64,000 nt of DNA, taken from assembly GCA_951406725.2 (NCBI GenBank), contig OX597829.1, positions 30,194,001 to 30,258,000 on the forward strand, in the 5' to 3' direction. Made by a program: the position numbers and the translations under genes. The notes beneath the pieces are model-generated. The model did not search any database. It was given only the letters and a program-made list of their open reading frames with translations, and was not told the origin of the DNA. The stretch's first letter is position 1. Every line of letters begins with the position of its first letter. Source of the DNA: Octopus vulgaris (taxonomy: Eukaryota). Shown here piece by piece: positions 1 through 12,711 of the stretch.

Positions 1-161
1 GATACTGGTATGCATGAGTGATTGCTGGTCTTCGATAAACAATCTTGCCCAGACTTGTACCTTGAAGGAGAACTTTCTAGGTGCAATCCCCTGGTCATTC
101 ATGACTGAAGAGGGTCTTTTAGTATATCTAGGACTATAACTGTATAATAAATACTTCCTTA

Positions 162-640
162 TTGTTGTTTAGCACCAAGTCAGACTTTATCCAGCAGACT
201 TATGATTAGACATTCCAGCAGTGATAATCCTATCTTTTATTCAGCTGTAGTGTAACTAGTGTCATCTTATCTATTGAGTCTTTTTGTTGTTGTTGTGGTG
301 GCTTTTGATATTGTTTAGTCCAGGTCAAACTTGATCCAACAGACCAATAATTAAAAAATGTTCCAACCATGACCATCACATTTTTTATTCAGATGTCATT
401 TATCCAGAACTGTATTATCTTTCCTTGTTGCTGTTGTTGTATTATTTGGCCCCATACAGACCTGTTCCAGGAGACTAAGGATCAAAGGTGTTCTAGCTGT
501 AACTATTTCATCTTTTAATTTAGACATAGTGTATCTACAACTAATATATTCCCTTGTTACTGTTGCTATCATTAAACCCTATGCAATTCCAATCCTGTAG
601 ACCAAGGACCAATGATGTTCTAGGTATGACAAGGTTTTCT
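162..640 (+). repeat. Degenerate tandem array (~4 units of ~120-140 bp) of a short interspersed repeat
   Basis: A unit of the form ttgttgtttag..caggtca..cagacc.atgat.aaa..gttccagc..tgaccatc..tctttt recurs at ~162, ~310, ~435 and ~560. Solo copies occur at ~4370, ~15005 and ~29630. Confidence 0.6.
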
Positions 641-844
641 TGCTGCTATGAAATGTGAATTCTGTTTTTGGTGGATTCTTTCTTTGGAAGAATACAAAGT
701 GTGTAGTTTAGACAATTTACTTTAGATCAATGGTTTAACCTTTTCATACTTTTGTAGTTTAATAATTCCCTTCATGAAGGGGTATTTGTGAAATACATCA
801 TTGCTACAATAATGAGAAAAACCAATCCCCTCTCTCCATTTCAG

Positions 845-1151
845 TTCTTTTGTTTCCAAATTTCTATTGAAATGCTCTGCATTTGTTTAATTTAATTTTG
901 AAAATAATGAAGAATTTAGTAAAATAACTTTGTCATTATTAAGCTGGAATTCGGAACATAAATTAACATGAAACTTTGATGGAAAGTTTTAAATCAGATC
1001 ACTTTAACCTTTTTGATACTATATCAGTTTTGAAACACTGCCTTACTTTCAATTTAGGCCCAGATCAGACTGGGCCTGGTGCAGCCTTCTGGCTTCCCAG
1101 ACCCCAGTTGAATTGTCCAACCCATGCTAGCATGGAAAGCGGACGTTAAAC

Positions 1152-1187
<36 letters not shown>

Positions 1188-1570
1188 AAATATAGTAAAA
1201 TAACTTTGTAATTGTTAAGCTGTCATCTGGAACACAAATTAACATAAGATTTTGATGGATGGTTTTAATTTAGATTATCAACATCAGTTAACATCTGCTT
1301 TCCATTCTAGCATGGGTTGGATGGTTTGGCAGGAGCTGGCTAGGCATACTTTTTTATTTTTATGACAGGATGCCCTTCCTAATGCCAACCACTCTGCAGA
1401 GTGGACTGAGTGCTTATTAAGTGGCACCAGCACAAGCGAGGTCAGCTTTGGCATGGTTTTTACTGCTGGATGCCCTTCCAAATACCAACTACTTTACTTA
1501 GATAACTTTAAAAGCAAAAAGTTTGTATCATAGAACCAGGGGCAGTTTTGAGCAGGTTAGGATCAAAGGA
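845..1570 (+). mobile_element. Two adjacent piggyBac-like (TTAA) MITE copies, the second interrupted by RTE-tail insertions
   Basis: The core gaaaataatgaagaatttagtaaaataactttgtcattattaagctgg..gaacataaattaacatgaaa.tttgatggaaggttttaatttagatcac is shared with copies at ~6150, ~28270, ~44200, ~44860 and ~62290. Ends resemble ttaacc(c)ttt...aaagg(g)ttaa. Confidence 0.6.
1055..1185 (+). mobile_element. 5'-truncated RTE-type 3' tail with (GAT)n end
   Basis: cccagaccccagttgaattgtccaacccatgctagcatggaaagcggacgttaaac(gat)n, the same tail as at 7080-7140, 26250-26323 and 56150-56197. Confidence 0.75.
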
Positions 1571-1815
1571 ATCAATAAAATAGAAGCAACACTGTGAATG
1601 GGAACTTGGACCTCTGTGTATTTAATATAAAGAGATTCCTATGGACAAGTTTCTTTTCTTGAACTGGAGGACACTACATGCTCTGGATAGAGTTGCTTTT
1701 GTGCAGACGGACATATTTTCTGTTATATTGTTCTACACATATTTTTATAGTCCTTCATCCAGCATGTCTCTCTTTTTAGATGTTTATGTGAATAATTGCT
1801 TCTTATGTTAAATTT

Positions 1816-1972
1816 TCAGGAGTAGTAGTGTGGTAGGAAGTTTGCTTCACAATCACATGATTCTGGGTTCAGTCCCACTGCATGGTATCTTGGGCAAGTG
1901 TCTTCTATTACAGTTTCGGGCCAACCAGAGTCTTGTGAGTGGATTTGGTGGACAGAAACTGAAAGAAGCCTA

Positions 1973-2004
<32 letters not shown>

Positions 2005-2250
2005 ACGTGTGCGCATGCATGTATGTGTCTTTAAGTCTGAGTTTGATCCCCACTGCTGCTTGATAACCAGTGCTGGTGTGTTTACATCCCTCTAACTTAG
2101 TGGTTTGAGAAAAGAGATCGATAGAATAAATACCAAGCTTTCAAAAGGAAAAAAGTACTGGGGGTTGATTCATTCAACTAAAAATTCTTCAATGTGGTGC
2201 CTCAGCATGGCAGCAGTCTAATGACTGAAACAAATAAAAGACAAAAGATA
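1816..2250 (+). mobile_element. tRNA-derived SINE family A (CORE-like segment, internal microsatellite)
   Basis: A-box/B-box-like head (gtgtggtaggaag...ggttcagtccc), a CORE-like cttgggcaagtgtc segment, an internal (TG)n and the tail gactgaaacaaataaaaga. Many copies occur in the window. Confidence 0.85.
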
Positions 2251-2325
2251 GGGAGAGGACTTATATAAAGAAATTATAGAGACCTTGGCACATCATCAGT
2301 TGAGTTTTCTGTCTACTCTTTTACC

Positions 2326-2722
2326 CTTTTATTCTTTTACTTGTTTCAGTCATATGACTGTGACCATGCTGGAGCACCACCTTTAGTTGAGCAAATCGAC
2401 CCCAGGACTTATTCTTTGTAAGCCTAGTACTTATTCTATTGGTCCATTTTGCCGAACCACTAAGTTACAGGGACATAAGCACACCAGCATCAGTTGTCAA
2501 GTGATGTTGGGGGAGACAAACACATAAACATACACACACATACATATATATATACATATATATGACGGGCTTCTTTCAGTTTCCATCTACCAAATCCACT
2601 CGCAAGGCTTTAGTCAGCCCATGGCTATAGTAGAAGACACTTGCCCAAGGTACCATGCAGTGGGTCTGAATCCGGAATTATGTGGTTCGTAAGCAAAGCT
2701 ACTTACCACGCATCCACTCCTG
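2326..2722 (-). mobile_element. tRNA-derived SINE family A
   Basis: Reverse complement of the family A consensus (ttcttttacttgtttcagtc...gacacttgcccaagg...cttaccac). Confidence 0.85.
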
Positions 2723-2790
2723 TGACAATTTTCTATTCATACTTTAATCCTGACAAATACTTCTTTCTTTCATTCTTTTTTAAACTATGT

Positions 2791-3400
2791 TCAACTCTTT
2801 TGATACCAACCTGGCTTTGACACGAATTTCCTGTTTTAAAGCGATTATAATTAAAACCTTCTGACATATTTCAAGTTAATTTTTGCTCTAAATACCAGTT
2901 TTATATATGTGTAGAACAATAAAACTGAAAATATGCCAGTCTGCAAAACAGTAGCTCAATCCGGCATGAGTGGCGTCTTTGACTTTGACAAAGAGACCTG
3001 TTCATGTGGATCTCTTTATATTAATCCTTTAGTATTCAGATTGCTCTGTCAAATGCAATGCCTATTTATTCACATTGCTTTGATTTAATCATGCATTACA
3101 TTGTTGCTCTGAGATTTTGAAGATACAATTGCTTATTTTTAGAATAACATTAAAGCAGAGGTGTAAGAGGCCAGAATCTAACTGATTTGAACATAAAATA
3201 GGTAGGATATATTTTAGTTGAATATGGCCAGTTTATATGCTAAAGATTTAAATACATTGAGATACAAGTTCCCATCCATAATGCTGCTTGTGTTTTATTG
3301 TCAAAGTTAATTTACTAAAATGTTAATTATTTTCATAATTAATTGAAACAAAGGCAGTTGTTTTTTTTTTTTAAAGAAACATGGTAATAAAAGGGTTAAG
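2791..3400 (-). mobile_element. piggyBac-like MITE with a second TTAA MITE (3021-3250) nested inside
   Basis: The outer element ends ..ggtaataaaagggttaa. The inner element runs ttaatcctttagtattcaga...atgctaaagatttaa, with imperfect TIRs at TTAA. Confidence 0.55.
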
Positions 3401-3451
3401 ATGTAAATATACCTGGTTTAATATTCTCTTTATGAGAAAAAAATCAAAATA

Positions 3452-3613
3452 AGTGCAGGAGTGGCTGTGTGGTAAGAAGCTTGCTTCCCAAACACATGGT
3501 TCCCAGTTCAGTCTCACTACATGGCACCTTGGGCAAGTGTTTCTACTATAGCCTCAGGCTGACCAAAGCCTTATGAATGGATTTTGGAAGATGGAAACTG
3601 AAAGAAGCCTGTC

Positions 3614-3699
<86 letters not shown>

Positions 3700-3955
3700 A
3701 TGTGTGAGTGTGTATGTGTGTGTGTGTGCATGTGTTTGTTTTTGTGTTTGTGTTTGTCCCTCACCACTGCTTGGCAACCGGTGTTGGTGTGTTTATGTCC
3801 CCATGACTTAGTGGTTCAGCAAAGAGACCAACAGAGTAAGTACCAGACTTAAGGAATAAAGAAAAATGTATTGGGTTTTATTCATTTGACTAAAATTCTT
3901 CGAGGCAATGCTCCAGCATGGTTGCAGTCTAATGACTGAAATGAATAAAAGAATG
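3452..3955 (+). mobile_element. tRNA-derived SINE family A with long internal (TG)n
   Basis: gcaggagtggctgtgtggtaagaagcttgcttccc...ggcaccttgggcaagtg...gaaactgaaagaagcc-(TG)n-...gactgaaatgaataaaa. Confidence 0.85.
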
Positions 3956-4588
3956 AAGGAAGCCCTTTTAAATACCCAGCACACCACTGCAACCCCTCCA
4001 TGATAGTTGCCACTCCCTTTGTGAGCTCACAGTACTTTTAAGGGAATATTGTTGCCCTAGTTAGAAACTACCATTTTGGGTATTCATGACTAAGCCACCT
4101 TTAAGTTAGTGTGTTTGAAGCAGAGATTAAATCAAAATTTTTATAAAATTAATAAAATTATTAAGATATAAGTAAAATTATTTTATGCTCTTAAAGAAAG
4201 TAAAATTCACAAAACATATTCAAACATGTTCAAATATATTCAGTAGAAATTGAAGAGAGCTTAGTATCAGTATGTGTTAGTAATAGACAAATCGGTTGTT
4301 GGTGGTGTTGTTGTTGCTGCTGCTGTTGTTGTTGTTATTGTTGTTGTTGTTGCTGCTTTTGTTGTTGACGTTGTTGCTTCTGTCTAGTTCCAGGTCAGTC
4401 TTAATGGTGCAGGTCTTTGATCAAAAGCTAGCTACAGGGACCAACTTGTCTCTTTTTTTACTTCAGGCATTGTGTACGTGTCCCTTTTATGACAATAAGT
4501 CAGAGGTGAAAGATTTTTTATGCTATGAGGTCATATTAAAGTTAGTTGCTGTGAAACAAGGCAAAATTAGGGCTTTTATTTTTATATC

Positions 4589-6040
4589 TCTATATCTATA
4601 AATGGCAAAATGTCTGCGTATCTGTGTGTCTGTGTGTCCTTTATACAAATCCACAATTTTTCATGTAAAAGGCTCACATTTTCTATGGGCTTTCAAAACT
4701 GTCTGAGGGTGGTCGTGAAGATCTTTTTATTTCCCCAGTCACCCCAGAAAGACATTAAAAAAATCGATAAACTGACCCCTTATGCCCTTAAGTTATGGGC
4801 ATATCCATTCAAAATTGCTAACACATAGAAATTTGTATATGGTGCGTGTGTACAAGTAGATACGCCAATAGACTGCCAGCTGTTTTTTGATTGCACGGAG
4901 ATAAATTTACCCCTGACAAATGAATGTGCGTGTGCATTTGCAGACAGTCTGTATGAGTCAGTGCATTTTTGTGTTTTGCGAAGATGCGTTATCATGTGTT
5001 TTGGCATTCAAACGTGCACGCTTTCTTGATTTGAGAAATGCCGGGAATAATTAATGAGTTAAGATCTCCAAAGCTACATTCTTCAATGGTCCTTAATCCA
5101 ATGCAGTTGTCCTCCTCTGAAACAAACATACCATGCACATCTACACAGCCAATTTCCTCTACAGCCATGTCATTTAGAACCCCTAGGATGGGTTAGTGAT
5201 AGATCAGGATTAGAAGCTGCCTATTAGAGGCTCCCGAGCTCCCTTCCGTAAGGTTAGTCTAGGTTTTAGTTGAAGGCTTAGTTGTGTTCCGAACCTAACC
5301 TCCTCCATTTCAGTGGATCGGGAGCCCAATTAGCCTTCTGACAAAAAGGCATATCTATTATTAATACCTTAGTTGAACTTGATGTCTTACGTGCTTCTAT
5401 GCATCATGAACTTATAACTATTGACCTTACTGCATTACTTGCTTCAATGTGTCATACTTATAAAATCACTTTTTGAATGCTGTTTTTTGTGTTCTAATTG
5501 CTCTCAACGGAATCAGCATTTTTTTCTTCCCACCATTGCTATTCGCTCATAGGACGAGGGGGTTAGGTGAGGGGGGGGGGGGGCTTGGTGTCAAAAGGGC
5601 TGGCATGTGCAATTTGATCACCTCTGCCAGTAAAACTCCCAACCCATGTGTTCCCGTCACGACACTGATTGTGCAGAACTGTGTTGGGTGTGAAACCAAA
5701 ACTCAACAAACGAGATTTACGTGTATTTTCAAAATCATGCTATTGTGGCCAGATTCAAGTTTTACACTTTCTTCTGCCTCCTTTTTTGTCCAACTAATGG
5801 CATGTGCACAGTCCTACTAATTTTCCATGGTTATGCCATTCCAGGTGTGAAAACCGAAGTCCAATGAATATTAATTACTCTCATAAAAAGCTCCAACTAG
5901 TTCATAAACATCAAAACTGGCCCGGGCTGAAATGTGATAAGAAACTTAGCTCTTGATTTAATAAGAAATTTTTACTACAACCCGGCAACGAACAACAAGC
6001 ACTAGCACTAGACCTGGCAACGCCGGGTCAAAGGGCTATT
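4589..6040 (+). mobile_element. Non-autonomous Helitron-like element
   Basis: The 5' end is TCTATATCTATAAA followed by a (gtct/gtgt) tract. A 3' subterminal hairpin gacctggcaacgccgggtc lies shortly before a degenerate CTAG-like end (gctatt). The architecture matches 26615-27058. Confidence 0.55.
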
Positions 6041-6748
6041 AAATTCACACAAACACTATTAAAACAAATGTGGCAGAGTTTTGAAACAAAAGGTAAAAAA
6101 GCAGCCCAACTATAACTTAATTTTTTTAAATAATTTCTTCAGATTCCTGTTTTAACTCTTTTGTTACCATATTTATCATTTCTACTGAAATACACTATCT
6201 TCATTTCAATTCATTTTGTAAACAATGAAGAATTTAGTAAAATAATTGTTATTAAGCTGGTGTTTGGCAGATAAATCAACACACACATGCACGTGCACAC
6301 ACATGTGCATGTGTGTATCCACACCCACACAAACACACACATACATTGCTCTTCTTATCAAACATGACTAATACTCATAGTTAAAATGCTTTTATTAACA
6401 TTCCTCACTGGTTGATAAACAAGTTATCATTGGCCATAACAAAGTGTACATATAATATAAGTCTTCATTTTTTTTAACATCAAGAAAATTATACAGAGAA
6501 AAGATGCATGTGTGTGTGTGTGTTCCTTTACAGTGTAGAGAGGTGAGTATACTTACTGGTATGTGTGTGTTTGTGTGGGTATGGATACACACATGCACAT
6601 GTGTGTGTTGATTTATCTTCCAAACATTGGTGGAAACTGAAGGTTATGAAAAGGCTAGATATACTGAGTTATTTTCCACAGTTTGCAAGATGCTCATAAG
6701 TAGGCTCACAACAACCTGTAATGCTCATTAATTAACATCTGTCTAAAT

Positions 6749-7560
6749 CAATGGTTCTCAACTGGGGTCCATATGGCTTCTGAGGGTCCATATAAGACTT
6801 TTGTGGTCCATGCAACAAAATACTAAATTGGGGACCTACAATAGTATTTTAAGGGCCCCTGAAAAATTTTTTACTGTAGATGTATGTATTGGTGGCACGT
6901 GAAAAAAACATTCAGGCGAGGTCATTGCCAGTACTGCCTGATTGGCCCCCGTGCCAGTGGCATGTAAAAGCACCCACTACACTCTCGGAGTGGTGGGTGT
7001 TACGAAGGGTATCCAGCTGTAGAAACTCTGCCAGATCAGATTGGAGCCCTGGTGCAGCCATCTGGTTCGCCAGCCCTCACTCAAATCGTCCAACCCATGC
7101 CAGCATGGAAAGCGGACGTTAAATGATGATGATGATGATTGGTATGTGTTGCAAGAAATAGTTAAGTTTCTTTCTCTAACATTTTACATAGTTCAACCTA
7201 CATAAGTTAGTGTTTGAAAAACAAAATTGGAATTTTAAAAGAGGCTTCTATAAAACTAGTTGTTAAACATCGAATGGCTATGAGGGTCCACTAGAATAAA
7301 ATAGTATTCAAAGGCGTCCATAGATAGAAAATGGCTGAGAACTCCTGCTTTAGATGTATGTATTGGTATGTATAGCAAGGAACAGCTAATATTTTACATA
7401 GCTCAACCTACACAAGTTGATGTGTGAAAAACAAAATTGGAATTTTGATAGAAGTTTCTATAAAACTAGTTTTTAAACATCAAATGACTACGGAGGTTCA
7501 TCAGAGTAAAATAGCAATCAATGGGGTCCATAGGTAAAAAAAAATGGTTGAGAGCCTCTG
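6749..7560. mobile_element. hAT (Charlie/Buster-type) MITE with duplicated 3' end and an RTE-tail insertion
   Basis: TIRs caatggttctcaac / ggttgagagcctctg. The 8-bp nnnTAnnn TSD is gtctaaat (6741-6748) / gtctaagt (7561-7568). An RTE tail at 6894-7137 is flanked by the direct repeat attggt. Confidence 0.75.
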
Positions 7561-8084
7561 GTCTAAGTCATTAATTGGCTGGAAAAGTAGAAGAAGACTT
7601 GTTTGAGTAGATGAATGAAACAGCACACCAGTTGTTTGGCTGCTACTGTTGCCATGGAAGCTGCTGTAGTGATTAACAATGTAAGTACATCAGAGGTTGA
7701 TTCGGAAAGCGATGATGATATGGAGTCATGTGTCAATGAAGCAAGCACACTGATGAACTGGGAAAGAAAACAACAGTGTGATACCTGTGTCTGTTGTTTG
7801 AGAAGACAGAATCAAAGAAATCAAACTAAGTTTGTTGATTTTTGTTCCCTTTGGTGGAACTTCACAGATATTATACAATGATATATTTTCAGTGTTCTCA
7901 TTACTAGTACCTTTTAAATTTTGATAGAATTTTATGCTTCTAAGTACAGGACTTTTTTTTTAAAGCTTAGAACTTATTCTATCAATAACCTTTGCTGAAC
8001 TGCTAAGTTATGAGGATGTAAACACCGGTTGTCAAGTGGTGGTGGGCGACAAACACAAACACAAAGACACAGACACACATACAC

Positions 8085-8166
<82 letters not shown>

Positions 8167-8174
8167 ATACATAT

Positions 8175-8207
<33 letters not shown>

Positions 8208-8303
8208 ATATTATAAATATATATATACATTATATAATATATATGTATATATATATATATATTATATATGTATATATAATATTATATATATACATATACA
8301 TAT

Positions 8304-8400
<97 letters not shown>

Positions 8401-8419
8401 GTGTGTGTGTGTATATATA

Positions 8420-9240
8420 TATCAAAATAAGCAACAAGGATATCCAGAGGTAATGCAGTACGATCGTTTCAAGCAACTTCATTTAATTGAATAATGCAAA
8501 CATTGCATCAATTTAAATGCAGACCAATCCTCAACTGCATAAAGACATAGAATAATTTAATTAAATTAAATTAGTATATAGTTAACATGTTCTTTAGCTT
8601 CAGTACTCCTTTATTAAATATCAGTAAAATCCAATTGATCAATCTCCATAGATATCATCTAATAACTTAATACTTAGATAAATAATTTGTATAAATATTA
8701 AACTATTTCTATGTAATTTCTTTTCCTCCCTCTACTGTGGTAAAATTTGGTATATACTCAAAAGCATTCAAAGAAATTTTATCTTTTTGTTATAATATCA
8801 TTCTTAATAATCTTCTTGACAACCCTAAATTTTAACTTTATACAATATGGCAATATTATTTGAAATGGTTTTTAATAATTACTTGTTTTATCCCTTTCTT
8901 AAAGTGCTCCTGATTTTAGTATTTATAAGGGCCTTTATATAAGTAGCCCTTCTAATTAAGTACCCCTAAGAAACTATAAATATCATGTATGGAGTAAAAA
9001 TAATAACTTCTAAAACCTGTTATATACTTCTTAGTTTTAAAATTAGTATTAAATTAGAATGTCCTATAACATCAATATTCCTTTAGCTAATACCAGGTAT
9101 CAGTCTTTATTGAAATTAGCTAAATAAGTAACGATATAATTTTTGGTTTGGTATGCTTAAATTTTTATACATTTTCTATAAATCTGACCCCATAAAACAA
9201 TGACAAGTAAAATCTATAACAAGTCTTTCTTCCTGATACC
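8420..9240 (-). mobile_element. Highly decayed AT-rich Penelope-like remnant next to (AT)n
   Basis: It begins at an (AT)n tract and carries a minus-strand GAAACGATCGTA hammerhead-like half (8459-8470). There is a faint GIY-YIG-like YI..RPL...EH trace near 8900-8950. Confidence 0.3.
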
Positions 9241-9246
9241 TTAGTA

Positions 9247-10958
9247 CAGTGGTTTTCAACAAGGGTTCCGCAAGTACAGTCCAGGGATTCCGCAAGAAGT
9301 TACATAAAGGCTAAACTCGACAGTAATTTTTAATTCTTCTGTGCAGATATCTATGTACATGTTAGGCCTTCATGTACATCTATGATTTGCACGCCAGCGT
9401 AGATGACCCTGATCCTTGGTGTGTACATGTACGTGCACATCTACGAGTTGCATGCCAGCTTAGATGATGGTTTAGTTTTCTTTTGTAAAATACAAGTGAC
9501 TCTATTTGGAAGAAACATTTAACTGCGTAAGCCATTTAGGTGTTGTTGTTAATACGCCTTTTAAAAGATCTTTAGCTTTTTAAAAGGCGTTTTTGTAAAA
9601 TCTCATTCTTGTATGACGTCTATTAATATTTGGTCAAATGTTAAGATTAAAAAATTTGAAAGAGAGTTGAATTACTTATGTAGAAAGAAATAAGAAATAG
9701 GGAAACTGATACTAAATTATAAGATATGTAAATATACATAAATATTAATTCCTTACAAATTTCTGAATTAGAACAATGAACAAATAAATGACATTTTAAA
9801 TTCAAATCCGAAAATCTATTTTATTATTATATGCATATTGTTTAAATATAATCAAATACCTATTACTAAAAAACATTAATAAAAAAAGCTAAATTTTACA
9901 TCATTAAACTCGCTACACTTTAAAGATCATTTTTGTCCTGCCACTATTAGGTTTGCTTTTATATGTATATACAATTCTGCTTACAGCCTTACAAGTATGG
10001 ATAGATTTCTGAAAAAACGTAAGTTAGATACAGATGAAGAGAGGCAGGGTCTGAGGCAGTCTGTTGAAGCTGCAGCCACTGCCAGTGATGCTGCCTCGTT
10101 GAAATTACCAAGAAATGATGGAATCAACCTGCAACTAAAAGTTTGTCAATATTGTGAAAACTACATAGCTCTGGGATTTACTTGGACTGGAAACCCAGAC
10201 TGCCCTTCACCTTTGTGTACTGTTTCTGGGGAGAAGCTGGCTAATAGTGCTATGGCACCATTCAAACTGAAATGACACATCCAGAGTTGTCAGGCAAAAA
10301 TGAACAATATTTTAAAAGAGAATTGGCATTTAATAAAAGGCACGTTTCTATATTTGCCAAAAAGTTCAAGTTGAGGGACAAAGGACAAGAAGTAAGTTAT
10401 GCTGTGGTGGATATAGTTGCATGAAAAGTGAAATCTCATACCATCGCTGAAACTGTAATTTTACCTGCATGCCAGGAAATAGTGAGGATAATGTTTGGAG
10501 AGGATGCCGTATCAGAGCTAAATAAAATTCCACTTTCTGACAACATAATAAGTAGGTGCATTCAAGACATGTCAGGAGACATTGAGTGCAATATTAAGTC
10601 AAAAATACTGAAACATAAGTTGTTTGCACTTCAAGTTGATGAGAGTACAGACATCACTGGTAAATCACAGCTCCTTGTATTTGTTCGTTTTATTAATGAT
10701 GAAGCTATTGTAGAAGACGTCCTGTGTTGCAAAGAGTTGCCTGAAACAAGAAAAGGACAAGATGTATTTGATGTTTTAAATTCATATTTAGAGTATTGTG
10801 GATTGAACTGGAAAAACTGTGTTGGCATTTGTACAGATGGTGCCCCTGCAATGACAGGATGTCTTAAATGCTTTTTCCCAATCGCACAAAAACAAAATCC
10901 AAATATTATCCATACTCATTGTTTCATTCATAGAGAAGCACTAGTTGCTAAAAATTGA
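9247..10958 (+). mobile_element. hAT Buster/Charlie-family DNA transposon, 3'-truncated
   Basis: TIR CAGTGGTTTTCAAC at 9247, preceded by an nnnTAnnn target (ccttagta), with a transposase remnant downstream. No right TIR was found. Confidence 0.85.
9997..10958 (+). pseudogene. hAT (Buster/ZBED5/SCAND3-like) transposase pseudogene
   Basis: Motifs YIALGFTWTG..CPSPLC..GEKLANSAMAP, KSHTIAE.VILPA, FALQVDESTD, ICTDGAPAMTG and HCFIHREALVAK. There is a stop/frameshift at ~10275 and a stop at ~10422, and the sequence is truncated after the CxxH motif. Confidence 0.9.
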
Positions 10959-11389
10959 TGATGATATATATATATAAATTAAATTAGAGATAAAACCACT
11001 ATTAGGCAAATCAAACAGTGAAAAACATAAACCAAAACATAAAAATAAAAATATAATATACAAAATATATAAAATATAAATTTAAAAAATTAAATTATTT
11101 AAATTTAAAATTAAAATTATTAATTTATATTTATAATTTAAAAAAAATATATATATAACTATCAAAACGTATTAAAAAGTTCAATATACATAAATACAGA
11201 TATATACACTTTGTATATATACATTATATATACATATTTAAATATAGAACACATACACACACACATATAAATTAACCCAATAAATATCTGATTCATAATA
11301 TTTGTTTTTATGATTGTGTGGTGGCGATAATAATTCTCTCTATGAATGCAGACAAACGTAGAGAGAGAGAGAGTGTGAAAGCGCTGTCG

Positions 11390-11758
11390 AAGGCGGGGAG
11401 GGGGAGATATAGAACGCTGTTTGACGACATTATAAAGAGAAAGTGAAGGGGAGTTAGACGCTGTTAAACGACGTTATATATAGAAAGTGATGGAAAGGGA
11501 AGAAAGAGAGTGAGTGACAGAGGAAGACAGATACATAAAAGAATGAGAGTAGACTTGTCAAAGTGCATTTTTGGCCCTAGCAACGACATCTTTTAGATAG
11601 GGATTTCTAACCTAGCCCACTCGCATCCTCACCTCATTTTACATGTCCCTGTAAAGTTTGGAGTCAATCCGACAGGATCTAGTGGCCTTTAACCCGTTCT
11701 CAATGCCAAAACCAGACAAACAAACTTTTCGCATTTCAGATTTATAATATAGAGAAGA
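11390..11758 (-). mobile_element. Helitron-like non-autonomous fragment
   Basis: The minus strand begins TCTATATTATAAAtctgaaatgcgaaaagtttgtttgtc, a similar 5' architecture to 4589 and 26615. Confidence 0.4.
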
Positions 11759-11774
11759 GATGTACACATACGTG

Positions 11775-11802
11775 ATCTGTATATATATATATGTGTGTGT
11801 GT

Positions 11803-11873
<71 letters not shown>

Positions 11874-11960
11874 TATATATATATATATATATATACTAAT
11901 ACACACACATATATATATAATATACATATATATACATATATATATAGCTAATACACACAC

Positions 11961-12003
<43 letters not shown>

Positions 12004-12210
12004 CACATATATATAATATACACATATATATATATAATATATATACATATATATATATATAATATACATATATATATATATATATATGATATATATAATA
12101 TACTATATTTATATATATATACATATATATATATAATATACATATATATATATATGATATATATAATATACTATATTTATATATAATATACATATACATA
12201 TATAAATTAC

Positions 12211-12279
<69 letters not shown>

Positions 12280-12322
12280 CTACAAATATATATATATATT
12301 ATAATATACATATATATAATCT

Positions 12323-12362
<40 letters not shown>

Positions 12363-12654
12363 ATACATATATATATATAATATACATATGTATATATATT
12401 CATATATAATATTATATATATATACACCTATATAATATTATATATATATATAACTATATATATATTATAATATACATATATATATATATATATAATATAC
12501 TTATGTATATATATATTCATATATAATATTATATATATACACACATATATAATAATATATACATATATAATATACATATATATAATATACATATATATAT
12601 ATAATTTTATATTATATATATATATATGTAGATTATATATGTATATATATATAT

Positions 12655-12710
<56 letters not shown>
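11775..12710. repeat. Compound (TG)n/(AT)n-rich microsatellite block
   Basis: Direct reading. Confidence 0.95.

Positions 12711-12711
<1 letters not shown>

Noticed and set aside
7615-7881. Host-gene exon (88-aa Cys-containing ORF)
   Set aside because: There is no convincing splice pair. It shows at most a faint resemblance to a decayed piggyBac C-terminus (SRR...RKQ.C), too weak to call.
9997-10958. Domesticated ZBED/SCAND3-type host gene
   Set aside because: It has a frameshift, in-frame stops and a truncation, and it retains a TIR with target site, all indicating a dead transposon.
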